Origin: Antedon mediterranea
Lineage: Eukaryota > Animalia > Echinodermata
Direction: 5' to 3'
Assembly (NCBI RefSeq): GCF_964355755.1
Contig: NC_092674.1
Span: forward strand, 19,034,001-19,098,000
DNA length: 64,000 nucleotides
Of this stretch, positions 1 to 14,148 are shown piece by piece; within the stretch, counting starts at the first letter, position 1, and each line of letters starts with the position of its first letter. A program made the position numbers and the translations under genes. The notes beneath the pieces were generated by a model. The model was not told the DNA's origin. It made no database searches and saw only the letters and a list, made by a program, of their open reading frames with translations.

Positions 1-195
1 GTCATTCATCTATATTTTCGCCTCAACTATTCCAACCAAGAACACAGACATATTTTTGCTGACCGGTCATTCTCTTGCACAGCTCCTTCCTTATGAATGC
101 TCTTCCACAATCAATGAAGAATGCCAATTCTATTGACATCTTCAAACAGTTGGTGAAAACCCATCTCTTTTGCATAGCATACGAAATGAGGTAAT
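1..195 (+). mobile_element. Degenerate LINE (L2/CR1-group) 3' end remnant
   Basis: Decayed translation resembles the 'APxLWNxLP...FKxxLKTHLF' C-terminus of L2-like ORF2 (ttcaaacagttggtgaaaacccatctcttt = FKQLVKTHLF). Confidence 0.45.
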
Positions 196-1200
196 TTCTA
201 TCCCGTTGAATTAAACCATCAATAAATTATGACCGCATATGATTGTACAATGTAGTAAACATACAGTACATCAACATTCAGTTATATTGTAACCCAGGTT
301 TGATGATTTGAGTGATCAACTCATGAATTATGTTAGAAAGAGACAACTATTAGACGATAGCAAGGTTTTCTTGTTTATTTCATTGAAAGCACTTGAGATC
401 ATCTTCTTCATTCATATTATTATTACAATATATAATTATATAATAAAACAATATATAACGTTTTCTATATGTATATTTAATTAACAAAAATACTGTATTG
501 GTAATAATCTTCATCTTATCTGGCAGCATTATACACATATTATTTAGAGAATTATACAAAATCATCTATAGGTTTAATGGTTGAAATCACAAAAACACTT
601 TAAAATCATAAAAATCATATAATCCAGGGAGAAACATGGATGAATCATTATATTTGGTAACAAAATGGTAAATTTAAAGTAATTAAGCCAAACAATAAGA
701 ATTGTTCATCTCAGTATGCTATTTATACCCAAGTATGATAGGCCAAGGAATAATTCAATGATTTGTACTGTACATCTTCTAACTGTAACCCTGGATTATT
801 ATTCTTATGTCATTTTGTCAATAGTTTTTGTGACCCTAATAGTAACCCCCATGGGTTACTATTAGAGTAGTGGGTTATTATTATAGATTGACTTATAAGG
901 TGGGTTACTATTAGAAGGGGTGGGGGGGGGGGGGGTTACTATTAGAAGATTTACAGTATTTATGCGATCATCATTTCATTCTACACTTTGGATTAAAGCG
1001 AAATTAAAACGAACAAGCATGTTTAACTTTTCGCTGAACTACGCTGTTATGCAAATGAGTAGTATGTTGTCATCTGTTAAAATTAACTTTTACGTGCGAA
1101 AGCTCCCTAATATTTCATTACTATTAGTAATAAATCAATAATAAATGTTTATATATCTTGTGTTGACATAATTGCGTTTATAAGCCTGTTACCATTATGT

Positions 1201-4200
1201 TTAACAGGTCTTTTCTGGTATCTTGATCATAACCTAAGTAATAAAAATAAAGATTATTATTATGATCAGTACAACCATCAGTATCAATATTACTTTATTT
1301 AGGGATTCTTAATTACTTACTGTTTTGATTTCCGAGTACTCATGAAGACCTTCTTCACCCCTGAAATGAAACAAGGAATTCATTTAATAATTAATCAATA
1401 CCTGCTATAGTAGTACCAAAGTTGTTTATTACAGGGTTAAATAATATACACAGTAGTAGCGCAATATGTAATCTATTATTGCAGCATTTGTATATGATTA
1501 ATAAAAAGGCCCGTAGGCAGGCAGTATTCCACACAAGGAATTAAATAGTTCTTGTGAGAGAACGCGTAAAAAATAGAGCATGCATAAAGAATTATTTTTT
1601 AGACCTTATCAACATGATTTATACGTTTTCATTTGAACTTACAATTCACGACCAGAACCAGACATCTTATATCCGCCAAAAGGACTAGCAACATCTACAT
1701 TGTGATACTGGTTAACCCTATCAAAAATATATTTAAAATTTATGTTTTTAATTTTCAAATTGAAAACATTTACCCATCCTGTAACCTATGAAACAAAATA
1801 CAAATTTGTTATTTCACTTTGAATAACTTAAGAAAATTGATTTAACGTGTATTAATCATGTTGTTCAATGACTTGAAATTATTTTCCCTGGTTGCAAAAT
1901 GTATCTTCACATGTTTATTGAAACAGATGTTACAATAGTCTTACAAATTCTATTTAAGAAGAAGTGCAAAAGATAGCATACCAAACTGTACCAGCTTGAA
2001 GTCGATTGGACACCATAATGGCCTTGTTAATGTCATTGGTGAATACTGCCGCAGCAAGACCATACAATGTTCTGTTAGCTCTCTCTACAACTTCCTCAAC
2101 ATCTTTGAACTTTATTATTTGTTGAACAGGTCCAAAAATCTGAGGAAATGAACTATGGTTGGTATTGCTGTGTTTTGATAATTATACTCCAATATTCTGT
2201 ATGGTACATGAGCCACCTCAGTCTATAAAAACTTCAATATGATAATTTGATTCTTCTAATAATTCAATATCTCGATATATGTTATAAGTTTATTTTTTCA
2301 ATCAAATCTGTTTTACCTCTTCACGTGCGATTCGCATATCATCAGTAACATTAGAGAAGACAGTGGGCTGAATAAAATAACCCTGGTCTCCTTTACGGCC
2401 ACCACCACATTCAAGCTTTGCCCCTTCCTTCTTTCCACTCTCAATCATTTCCAAGATCTTATCAAATTGTTCTTTGTCTACCTACAGATTTAAATTATCA
2501 GTTTTATATGAATACAATTTTTGACTTTATCCTACTGTTTGATAGGAAAAATAAAAACAAAGAATAAATAAATTTCAAACTAACTTCAACAATTGTTTTT
2601 ATATATTTAGAAGTATATTTAAAAAAAAAAGTTGTGAGTATTTTGTATCATTTTTGTCACGATTCATGTACATCAAACTGCGCATGTAAATTTTACTTTT
2701 TATTTGTTGACAATTTGTTTACAATGACCTTGACTTTTAACCTCATGAGCGCTTTAAGTGCTTATCGAGGTGAATCGGTTAAAATCTATTCATTATATAT
2801 ATTTCTACAGTACAAGCTGGACACTATACCTGTGGTCCTGATTCTGTGCTAGCATCAAATGGATTGCCAACTACACGTTTCTTGGCTATATCGGTGGCTT
2901 TTTTCACAAACTCATCATACATTTCTTCTTGTACAAATGTTCTTGAGCCTGCTGTGCATACCTGCCCCATGTTATAGAATAATGCTTGGTGGGCCCAATT
3001 CACAGCCACATCAACTGTTTAAAAATCAAATAAAGAAATATTATAAACACTTTGGAAAACCTATAAGTTTGTAATTTTTAAGACTGGGCCTTTTCAATAT
3101 TGCAAGGCACACAATAAGCCATAGCTGTAAAGTGCACTACTCGACTCGGCCTGAATGCAGCCAGTCTGTAACTTATTTGTAGGTTGTCGCATGACCTTTA
3201 TTTTTAAAATCATGTTTGTGAGTTAGGGCATGCATAAAAAAAGGGCTTAAAGCTCTGTACACATTATCCAATTTTATGTGACAAAAAAATGTGATGTGCC
3301 CAAATATGGAAGTGATATGCACAAATATGGTAGAGATACAACATCATCATGTCCATATATGGGCACATCACATTTTTTGTCACATAAAATTTGATAGTAT
3401 AGTATATATATTTACAGTAATGGTATTTTTGATGGATTTTTAATGTCAAAGAAAAAAAAAGTGGAGGATTTTTTTAAATGTTAGGTCTTCATGATTGAAA
3501 TGCACAATTTTTACATTTATGATATGATGGTTAATTGTCAAAGAGTGTAAATAAATCTGTGAGTGGTAACTGTAAAACCCCATACTATCACTATCTGCTA
3601 AAACAATAAGTGGGCTCTTTCCTCCCAATTCCAATGTCACTCTTTTCAAGTTGCTCTTTCCAGAAGCTTGTTGAATAAGTTTACCAACCTTAATTTGGAA
3701 AAAAACAAATTGTTTATTAATATGACTAGCATTAATAAAACTATCTATACAGAATAGCAATTCTAAATGATGTGTATGTCTAAAGAATTGTGACAGATTG
3801 ATCATTGAGTTGACTTAAATAGTATTGAGTTATTCAGGGCTATGTAGGCCTACCAGGTGTAGGGATGTGAACTATATCTTACCTCTGTAGAACCTGTGAA
3901 AGCTACTTTGTCAATGTCCATATGTTCAGCAATAGCAGCACCAGCAGTTGGCCCATATCCCGGGATTATGTTCACAACACCTGGTGGAAAACCAGCCTAA
4001 AAATAAACAAATAATATGGTTAAGAACTCTTCATGTTGCAGCTACTAGGTCTATTCTCTGTCTGTTTTGGTCCATAACTCTAGGCCTATCGACGGTCACT
4101 GTTGTCGTCGTTGATGTCAAGTATAAGGCTCAGTCAGGCTCACTATACCAACAAGAGTATGACAATTCCTTGTCTTTAACTACTGCGTTATATATATATA

Positions 4201-7200
4201 TCAAATAATGGCACTTTCATCTTCGTGATATGACACAAAGCCATGTGTCGCCACTCAATTTACAATTGCATTATTGTACAAATAAAAATATATCATATAT
4301 TAAATCTTATATTTTTAGTGCACGATTTGTAAAATTTAACATACATGTGCATCGTTATTTTGCAATTAACAAACCATATCCTTACCTCTTTGAATAAAGA
4401 GCCAAGGTAGATAGCTGTGAGTGGAGTCTGCTCTGCTGGTTTTAGAATAATTGCATTACCACAGCAAAGAGCTGGTGCAACTTTCCATGCGAACATACCC
4501 AATGGAAAATTCCATGGAATGATAGCTCCACATACACCTACTGGTTCACGACGAGTGTAGCAAAAATTGTCACCATCTTTTAAAAACAAGCATACATTAA
4601 TGTTACGTTTTAGTAGAGTAATTTTTAACAATATTCTTGTTAGGTAATATCAGGGAAGAGTTAAATTTAACTCTTCCCTGGTAATATCACATGCTACATA
4701 TTACCAGAAAAAAAACTAATTTATACGATAATATTTTAATTAACAAAAAAAATTCTAAATACATTTTTGCAATAGTACATGGAAAAATTGGCATTCGACA
4801 ATGAAATGACCTAACGTCTAGATTTTAGTTATCATCCAGAATATAAAATCTTTTGTAAGTTGGAAACATTTTCTTCAATCTTTTAGGGTTATCAGATTGT
4901 TAAATAAAGAGTTTTATACTCAACACCTAAAAATAGGCACTATCCTGTAAATGTCCAATATGTTGCTTGAACAGCATAATATACAAGCAGTGGCAACAGC
5001 TACATATGTACAGTAAAAGGACTCGCTGTCTAAGCCTAAGAAGGGGCCCCAGCATGAGCAGCCCCTGTAATGCAACTATCCAGCATTGGAGGGCCTTTAG
5101 GAGTAATAAACCAGGGACCTTTTCCCAAACATTTATAGTCAATCAATATAAGTTTTCCATTTCAGATCCTTAATTATTTCAGTACTAGAAAATATTCACC
5201 CATAGTGTCCTGTAATTGATTAAAAATGTATTGTCCCCCAAAAACATGAATAATGAAATTTGATAAAATCAGACTTTGAATAGGCCATTTTGCAGTTTTA
5301 ATATAGTTATGAGACTTATGTGAAAAAAAATTCAAGTTAGATTTAACCAAAAACCCATATAACAGATTTTTCATTACAGTATAATTTTTTTTAAATTAAA
5401 ATCTCATTTTCATTGATACATAACCTACATCTGGTAGATTAAATGCTTATTATAAGTTCAAAAAGTTAATGAATTCTAAAGTTGAAACTTTATTTTAAGT
5501 ATTGCTAGAACATATTGAAAAGAGTTTTGAATGGTATGGTGGTACATAAAAAAAATGAAGATTAATAAAATCAGACTTTTAATAGGCCATTTTGCAGTTT
5601 TAAGTTATTCACTTCTGTAAAAAAAATAAATAAATAAAAAATAATCATTACAATTTAAGTATTTTTTGCCTTAAATTTTTTTCAATCCAGTTTTTGGCCA
5701 AAGTGAATAATTATTATGTAACATTAAAATGACATATTAAAAAAAAAAAATTTTTCAGGGGGATAATATATTGTTAAATATTATTATTTAAATTAATGAT
5801 TACCATACAGTACAAACAAATGTTTCCTTAGGCCTACAGTAGTAGCCGTTTATTACTGAAATACAATGCGTATACACAAAACAAATAAGACTGAAAATTT
5901 GACACTTTTATCGATACTGTATTCATGTAGATGTAATTAGGCTTATTAGGAAAAAAAAATTACTCCATGGACTTTATACAATAACACTTATTTAACTGTA
6001 GGACTTTCATTACAAAAGTTTACTTAGATTGATATACAAAATCGAAAACTAACGTAAGCTCATAGGGACAAATGATAAGGCATGTAACGTTTTATATAGC
6101 ATTACTTATAGTTTATATAGCATTACTTATAGTTTTGATAGCATTACTTATAGTTTATATAGCATTACTTATAGTTTATATAGCATTACTTATAGTTTAT
6201 ATAGCATTACTTATAGTTTATATAGCATTACTTATAGTTTTGATAGCATTACTTATAGTTTATATAGCATTACTTATAGTTTATATAGCATTACTTATAG
6301 TTTATATAGCATTACTTATAGTTTATATAGCATTACTTATAGTTTTTATATTGTATACTGATCAACAACCTGGAAATTAGCAGACTTTTATAAATTCAAT
6401 TAACTACAGGTGGTACAACGTTAACTACAGGTGGTACAACGTTAACTACAGGTGGTACAACGTTAACTACAGGTGGTACAACGTTAACTACAGGTGGTAC
6501 AACGTTAACTACAGGTGGTACAACGTTAACTACAGGTGGTACAACGTTAACTACAGGTAGTACAATGTTAACTACAGGTGGTACAACGTTAACTACAGGT
6601 GGTACAACGTTAACTACAGGTGGTACAACGTTAACTACAGGTGGTACAACGTTAACTACAGGTGGTACAACGTTAACTACAGGTGGTACAACGTTAACTA
6701 CAGGTGGTACAACGTTAACTACAGGTGGTACAACGTTAACTACAGGTGGTGCAACGTTAACTACAGGTGGTACAACGTTGACAATCTTGAATACGATGAT
6801 GCAATGGCACAGATAAGTACAGTATCCCTCATGTAAACTGCTACAAAGTAAATTTAAAACAATATTTCATTTATTTAACTGTGAAATTAAAATGCATTTA
6901 CATACTTTTTGATTACAAATCCAAGGCAAACAAATTATTATTTATTTTACTTTATAGCTTTTCTTTTACTTGAAAATTGTGTGAAAATCGACTCAACTCT
7001 CCAAACGGTAATGCTGAAATTTGCACGGTTTTAGCTGTTATAATAGTAAATGACATTTGATAGCCTTTTGGTCCAGGTGTTTTTTTTTATTATTTAATAA
7101 GTCATAATTAAGTAAATATTTTTCATATAGCCCATGTCATACTATCGTTGCAAAATGGATGTTGGGTGTAAAATTCAGTCGACCGGATGTCGCACAGCGG

Positions 7201-10200
7201 ACAAACTTTTTGCGTTTGCCTTTTATATAGATAGATAGATTTACAGAGAACAAAATTCATACTCTACATCTTATTAGGCCTACCATTATTATTTTATCCA
7301 GTTTTGAAATGTTTTAAACGTGCGATGTTTCTAATGCGCACCCGTGATTCACAATGCAATGTGAATAGATTTAATTCATCACTATGACGAATTATATGTT
7401 ATATGCATTGATTTAAATAAAGTCTGCTAAATAACTAGGAGTAAAAATAAACTATTAAACACAATACCGTATAATATTTGCTCGGATACCATTGATGAAA
7501 CATTTGAATTCAAGTATCTTGGAGTCACCCTGACATCTAAACTTGATTGGGGGTCTCATGTATTTCGAACCAGTAATAAAGCATCGAAGACGATAGGTTT
7601 CATAATCAGAACAGTTGGATGTGGAAATCCTAAACTTATTGTTAAACTATTATAATAGTCTCGTCCGTCCAGTTCTGGAATACGGTGTTCCTGCATGGTG
7701 TGTTTTTAAACCCTCCATGCAATATGTCAAGGACCTTGACAAAATTCAGCATAGGGTCACCAGATTATGTTTTCCTGCCCACGTTACAAAATAATTATTT
7801 AATTGTTCCTTATGAAATCCGTCTTCAGCATCTTGGTTTGATGAGCCTTTCTAATAGATTTTTGGGAATTACTTTTATAGCTAAGATTTTATACAAGAAA
7901 ATTGATATTTCAATTGAGGGGTACATTACTCAAAATTTGCGACACCTTAATTCTGTAGTATTTGTCCATAGTATTTCAAGAACGAATTCTGCTCATTATA
8001 ATATTTTTAAATAATTTCCACGTCTGTTAATAACTTGACTCCAAATGTTAAAGATAGTCTTGTTTTTTCCCTGTCATCATTTTGTCACGATTTTAAAAAT
8101 TGTAATGCGCTATATGCGCTACGCACATATTTGTATTGTCATATGATTAAATATGACCTGAAATTTATGACTATCAAATTTGGTTTATTTATAATACATG
8201 CTTGTGAAGATATGATTACAAACATGATTTCGTTAAATTGTGTGTAGATCGCATAATTTTTAATTGCACACCATGAAAAGATAACCACATCGATTCCTGG
8301 CCATAAGGATTATACTTAAAATTGACGTATATAGATGAAATTGATCTCAAGATAATTGACGGACAAAATATTGCTAATAAAGATTATAAGGTTATATGAT
8401 AATGCATATAACCTAATTATAATATTGATAACCACATCAACCACATATAGGTGAAATGGGTAACTGCTAATAATTTGAAAATAAATAAATGTCTTTCTTT
8501 TTTAGCACTAGATGCAGATAAACTATTTATAACTAATTCTTAAAATGTATTAGTTGTATTATTCCATGCCATTCTAACTTACCTACAGGTATGGTTTTCC
8601 CACAGACTTTGTCAGCCCATCCAGCAAAATAACGCATTGTCTTTGAGACTACAGGGACATCACCAGCTCGACTGCTATTCAGTGGTTTTCCATTATCGAG
8701 TGTTTCCAACCTCTAAAATTTAAAAAATAACACTGAAATATTGATAAGATATATTCTTGGGACCAGTTTCTGCTGCAAAATAATAACTGATTAACAACTG
8801 TGTGAATAGCTTACCCCCAATTTCTTGACAGAAACCGGAAAAATTTCCAATAACCAGTTAAATACCATTCTAAAAGAACGGTTAAAAACAACCTATCGAT
8901 TTAGTATTAGAATGCCATTTAACCAGTTATCACTGTACAACAACGCAAAATAACATTTTTTGACATTGAGTCAACTACTGTAACACTTTGAATGTTTTAC
9001 TGACTGACCTTATTGAATTTTTGGTAGAGAATGCTTTTTCGTTGACAACTCACTAATTTAACAGTTATTTGGGAGCACAAAAAACTGTGTAACAATTATA
9101 CTAGTAGTTTTAATTCTATTTTGAAAAAACCGGTTTATATGGCACAATGCAGCAGAAACAGGCCGTTGCAGTACTGTGAAAATTAAGATATATATTAAGA
9201 TGAGAATGTATTTCTGCACAGTACTCTCAACTGTAATTGGTAGGCTGTGTGGTCGTCATGGTAGATACTGTATGGCTAGTCAGAAATTCTATATATTAAT
9301 GGCTCAGGGACTGTTTCTGCTGCATAATTGATGTACTGAAACTACACCTTTAAAGGTTAAAACTGATAAATAAGCATTGAAGAGAAGAAAGTTGCTGTAC
9401 TATTAATGTTTAACCTTAGCGGCGTATTCGGTACTTGATCATGTAATTCTTTTGGAACACTTAATCGGGGACGCCGTTATCACCCCATCTAAGGTTGTTA
9501 CAAATTTGGGTGTTCACTTTGATGAACATTTAAATATGAACTCGCACGTTTTTAAAATAAAGGCCAATGTTAAATTTTATTTGAGAAATATTGCGCGTAT
9601 TAGAAAATACATTGATCAAACCTGCAACTGCGTTACAATCATTGGCGCTAATTGGACTTGATTACTGCAATTCGCTATTGGCCAATACATCTAAATCTAA
9701 TATTAAGACCATGAAAGTTTTACAAAATTGGGCAGTGTGTCTTGTGTTTGAAGTGCCTAAGCATGGTACAACTACCCTTCTTCGAAAAATAGAGTGGCTA
9801 TCAATTGAAAAGCATACAGTATATTATTTAAGATTATGGTACAGGTTTACCAATATATAAATAATATTGCACATTAAGTATGAACCAGGTGGAAGTGGTC
9901 TTAGGTCCTCCACTGACGTTACCAGGCTCTATGTTCCATGTGCCTCAGGTGATCCTTCTCAAAATATGGACCACAACTCTGGAATGACCAACCAATTAAT
10001 ATTTGTAAATCATCAACACTCTATTTTTTTTAAACAAAAATTAAAATTACATCTTCAAGTTTAATTTGCATGAATGGAATGGAATGTATTTTTTTTGGTA
10101 TTTTTTCTTTTGTTGTTTTTTATACCATTTTGCAAGTGTAAAGCACTATGTAAATAGCGCATAATAAAAGAAAAATTATTTGAAAACGCATTTCTAATTT

Positions 10201-13200
10201 AACAAAATTGTTAAAAGTCCGATTCCTCCAGACGTTTTTTAGATCTAATTTAAGGTCAAAAACTACTATACTATATGGTCCCATTGCGATAACTTTTTTC
10301 ATCTTTAAACTGTTACAAATGTGAAAAATTAGTGAGTCCAAAACAAATTGAAGACCCGTAACGTTTCAGCGAAAATACCGGGTTTCCCCCAATTTGTATT
10401 AACGGATTCTGTCAAAACATAAAGACAATTAATGCAGCAACTAGTCAATGTTAGACTACAGTAGGCCTATAGCTAGAATACGATGTTCGTACGTTACTGC
10501 TGTTTACCAGACAGGCCTACAAAACTAAGCCTAGCTAGGCTAGGCCTAAAGATCGTCCACGAGAGGAAATTCACCACGAGATACTTAGGTAGTGCATTGT
10601 TTCTCTCTTTTTAGCATAATTTACCATAAAACGTACATTTAAGACAATACATGACCTGGTTTAATGTTTCTATTAAAGTATACCTGTATATGCATTATTT
10701 TTACAAAATGTGAACAATTGTAGGGAATGGGTCCTTAATCAGTGGGTGCTTATTGATGAAAAATGTGAACAATGCACTCAAAAGCAGGCCCTTAGTGAGT
10801 GAATAGTGAGTATTTGTTCAAACAAAAATTGGGAAAAAACAAAGAAGAAAAAGATTTGTACAAAACAATATCACCACCACTGATGCTAATAAATTTAGAA
10901 TGCAAAGTTGCCGTGTCATTTAAAAAAACATAACATGACTTATGATCTTTAAAAAAGAGTTAACTAACAGCTAAGTATTCCAAGTCTCTTTCAACAAGAT
11001 CTGCAAATTTATTCATAAGTCGTCCTCGCTGTGATGCATCCATCCGGCGCCAAGTAGACCCAACTTTCATTGCCTCACGTGCAGCAACCACAGCTTTGTC
11101 AACATCAGCCTAAAAAGACAAACAAGAATTATAAGAATTATTTACAAAAAGTAGATTGTTGCTGTAGAGCATAAAAATGAAATATTCTTTGCAAAACAAC
11201 ATATTAATTTAAAAAAAAAGATTTGATAGCCAATCATTGTCTGCTCATTCTAGAAAATGGCTTTGCTTCTACTGTCAAAAAAGTGGCACTATAAACAATA
11301 GATAGAAATAATAATATCCTGGATTTAAAAACCATGAAGTTAAGTTTAGGAGCTTACTTTATCCCCTTCTTGGACATCACAGATCTTCTGTCCATTTGTT
11401 GCATTGATGGTTGGAAATGTCTTCCCACTCACAGAGTTCACATATTCATTGTTAATGAACAACTACCAAAAAGCAAAAAAAATATTTAAAATTTACTGTC
11501 TGGGTGCTTAGACGAGTTGAAAATTATGGCTTATTCCCACTGGGCAGTAATTTTGTCTTAAAGCTATAAAAGATAGGAACCTGTGACAATTCGGTCCAGA
11601 CAACTTGGCCTAGGATGATTCTGCCCACTTTTAGTGGGATGTTCCAGCCCTTTTGCGGTACGAAACGTCCCACTTTTAGACCACGCAAATGTTTGTTAAT
11701 ATACACTTTAAGGTGTTTGAACTGTACCAGATCTCATAATAAAAAAATAATGAATATTTATGAGTGCGATGGTACAAATAATTTTGTGAGGTGAAAGATG
11801 AAATTCAATTTGAAGTGTAAATAGAATTTCATAATTTACCAAGAAAATTATTTGTACCATTGCACAAATATAAAAACATTTTCATTGGTTATCCTTATTC
11901 TTGTGAACATAAAATCAACTTTAGACGCAGATTAGAACCAGTATAGACGACAGGCAACAACGTCGCGTGGCACACATTCTCAAAATGTTTACAGAAAGCT
12001 GAGCGTGCATTATTACTTTTTCATTAGATAGGGCTAATTCCAAATGACACATGATGTGTAATTGACCAATCAAATTGCAAGAATAAAATCAGGTGTGTTA
12101 TAATATACAAATAATGAATATGAGTGTAATGGTACAAATAATGGCATGAGGTGAATAATGAAAGAAAGGTTATATTTCAACTCAACGAGGCGAGTTGATA
12201 TATAACCTTTCATCATTCACCAAATACCATTATTTGTACCATTACACAAATATAAAACATTCATTATTTGTTTTATAATAACATCTAAATAGATTCCTGT
12301 CATTAGAATCAAATAAAAGGTAGGCCTAGCCAAGGTCTACATCAATTATTTATTTAAAGGTGTTATATATAATACCGGCATATCATCTAATCAAATGACA
12401 GGAAGGTTATATCTTATTGATATTTCCAATGTTGATATACTATATACTGTAAGTAGCCCACCCATCCAATGCAAACCCCAATCTATTGCAAACTGTTTGG
12501 ACAGGAGACATGGTCAACATAATTGTTATTTTATTACTACTGTTAATTAGCATAATCATCTTCAAGTTTATTTTGAATTTAGGTCTATACAGTACAAGGA
12601 AAAATAATCACAAAATCACAATAGATTCAGAACGATTTGGAAAACAAAAGGGTAATAATATATTTACAAAACTAATATTACAGGTATCAACAACACAATG
12701 ACCGGCTCATTGCCACTAGCGTGCATATTCTGCCGTTTTAATAGTTAGCAATAGTTCCATTCCATACTTTTATTAGGGTCGAGTTGACTGATTAGTTTGA
12801 CTTAACAAGAGTTTAGGGCCGACATGACCGGCCCCCGAATACACAACACACAATTAAAGCTGTGCAGGCGATCATTATATCACCTAATTCAATTCAGTAT
12901 TTAATTCTGGTCTCTTACAAGGTAAAGCTTAAATTTTGAGGGTCAAAGTTTGTAAAATAACAATATAAGTTAAAGATAATAATAATATATCGGACATGGT
13001 TAAATACATGATGATGCAAAATATGAAGTATTAGACAAACATTCTAGGTTCAAACAATAATTGATGTCCCAATATGTGCAAATATTTATACTGGTTTATC
13101 ACTGTGTAACTGCTTTCAAAAGCAGTTTCTAAAATCGTGTGATAGATTGAAATGAAATTTTATGGCACAGTCATGCATACATACGATACGATAACAATTT

Positions 13201-13857
13201 TATTACAATTATCATCAGATAAAACAAGTCAAGTCAATAACAAACTTCTTTGCTCCTGTATTTTCTGTTTCTCTGTAATTTGAGACCTTTGAACTTGATT
13301 TATCATATCTTAGCAACCACTAATAGGAGAGACACAAAATATGGCTCAAAATGTTCAGAAACTACACATTTATATTTAGTCTAATGGCATGTTTTTGCAA
13401 AAAAATGGCCGATTCTAACATTATTGACCTTTGAACTTTACACTACATAAAATCGCATAACTTTAAAAATATTGTACATATGAAATTATTTTTAGTGTCA
13501 AATTGTTCAGAACATACATGTTTCTATAGAGTCCAATGACACATTTTGTCCAATAATGGTCTATTGTATGGTTATTAACATTTGAACTATATTTGAAAAG
13601 GATTAAACCGGAATCTTCTTCATGTGGACATCCATTGACTTGACTTTAGGGCCGAGTTGGATCGAATTCGGTGTTTAGTAGAACCAAAGCATATACTGTT
13701 TATTATATCACATCAATCAGGGCTACCTAGGCCTACTGGAGATCCGGCCTACTGACGTACTGTCTGTACTACTTTATTGACACTTTTTAAGTTCTATCTT
13801 CATACTCATCACACGGTGCTAACTTACCTGCGTATACTTTATTTCTGGTGCTGCCAT
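1201..13857 (-). CDS. ALDH1A: Aldehyde dehydrogenase family 1A-like (cytosolic, retinal dehydrogenase-like), 13 coding exons, 489 aa
   Basis: GT-AG exons with consistent phases: 13828-13857 ([10 protein letters not shown]), 11358-11462, 10969-11109, 8583-8712, 4386-4576, 3883-3996, 3586-3688, 2830-3014, 2317-2481, 1982-2139, 1643-1717, 1321-1360, 1201-1233 ([10 protein letters not shown]); total 1470 nt. Motifs: [28 protein letters not shown] (general base Glu), GQVCTAGSR (catalytic Cys), [16 protein letters not shown]. There is no N-terminal mitochondrial leader, which favours ALDH1A over ALDH2. Confidence 0.92.
3266..3396. repeat. Small hairpin/MITE-like inverted repeat in an ALDH intron
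   Basis: aattttatgtgacaaaaaaatgtgatgtgccc (3270-3301) pairs with gggcacatcacattttttgtcacataaaatt (3361-3391). Confidence 0.6.
6091..6342. repeat. 21-bp minisatellite, 12 copies (TTTATATAGCATTACTTATAG)
   Basis: Directly visible tandem array; two copies carry a TTTTGATAGC variant. Confidence 0.95.
6400..6777. repeat. 21-bp minisatellite, 18 copies (TTAACTACAGGTGGTACAACG)
   Basis: Directly visible, near-perfect tandem array. Confidence 0.95.
7365..8415 (-). mobile_element. Helentron/HINE-like non-autonomous element (family A) containing a LINE fragment
   Basis: Same two ends as 40791-42281: tagatttaattcatcactatgacgaatt hairpin plus gttatatgcattg at one end, and a ggttatatg...catataacc hairpin at the other. 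Shares the core 'tgaagatatgattacaaac...cacatcgattcctggccat'. Confidence 0.6.
7490..8030 (+). mobile_element. LINE (CR1/L2-group) RT C-terminal relic
   Basis: Broken translation [19 protein letters not shown]...[11 protein letters not shown]...[10 protein letters not shown], with stops and frameshifts. Confidence 0.7.
8760..9164. mobile_element. MITE-like element
   Basis: Imperfect TIR ggaccagtttctgctgca / tgcagcagaaacaggcc; a third copy of the motif lies at about 9307. Confidence 0.4.
9340..10182 (+). mobile_element. L2/Crack-like LINE 3' relic
   Basis: Fragments [38 protein letters not shown] and FKQKLKLHL, with an L2-like tail tgtaaagcactatgtaaatagcgc-ataataaa. Confidence 0.7.
10215..10734. 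mobile_element. Non-autonomous DNA transposon, TTAA-flanked (Kolobok-like); related pieces at about 53040-53292 and 54175-54727
   Basis: TTAA at 10211-10214 and 10735-10738 with an imperfect short TIR. The internal 'cgaaaataccgggtttcccccaatttgtat...agacaattaatgcag' recurs at about 53220 and 54355, and 'gcctagctaggctaggcctaaaga' recurs at about 54512. Confidence 0.5.
11745..12280. repeat. Duplicated hairpin units (probable non-autonomous TE)
   Basis: Two related units, each with atggtacaaataa ... ttatttgtaccat inverted arms (about 11769/11848 and 12130/12230). Confidence 0.45.
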
Positions 13858-14148
13858 TTTAATTGTATGGATGTTTGCTTAACACTAATTATTTAGGCCT
13901 AGTTTTGTTTATGCTAGATTTAGTAATAGCAGGGCCTATCTTATGTTTCTTCTCTCGTGACAAACCTGTAAAAGAGCGAATCCAATCCAGCAGCCCAGTG
14001 CTTGTGTCAAGCTAGCCGACAATAAGCCAGCCGACAATAAGCCAGCCCACTTTTATTTTTTCCAGCCGACAATAAGTATGAAACGCCGTTTGTGTATTTT
14101 TTCACATTTTCAGTATTGCTTAAGGTTTTTATAGTATTAGAAATTCAA

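Noticed and set aside
6072-6816. ORFs encoding (VYIALLI)n and (TTGGTTL)n proteins
   Set aside because: They are simple translations of 21-bp minisatellites within an ALDH intron.
14008-14016. Insertion into the ALDH TATA box (empty site gcTATAAgcc)
   Set aside because: TATAA would be on the + strand while the gene is on -, and the TSS is unknown, so this cannot be supported.
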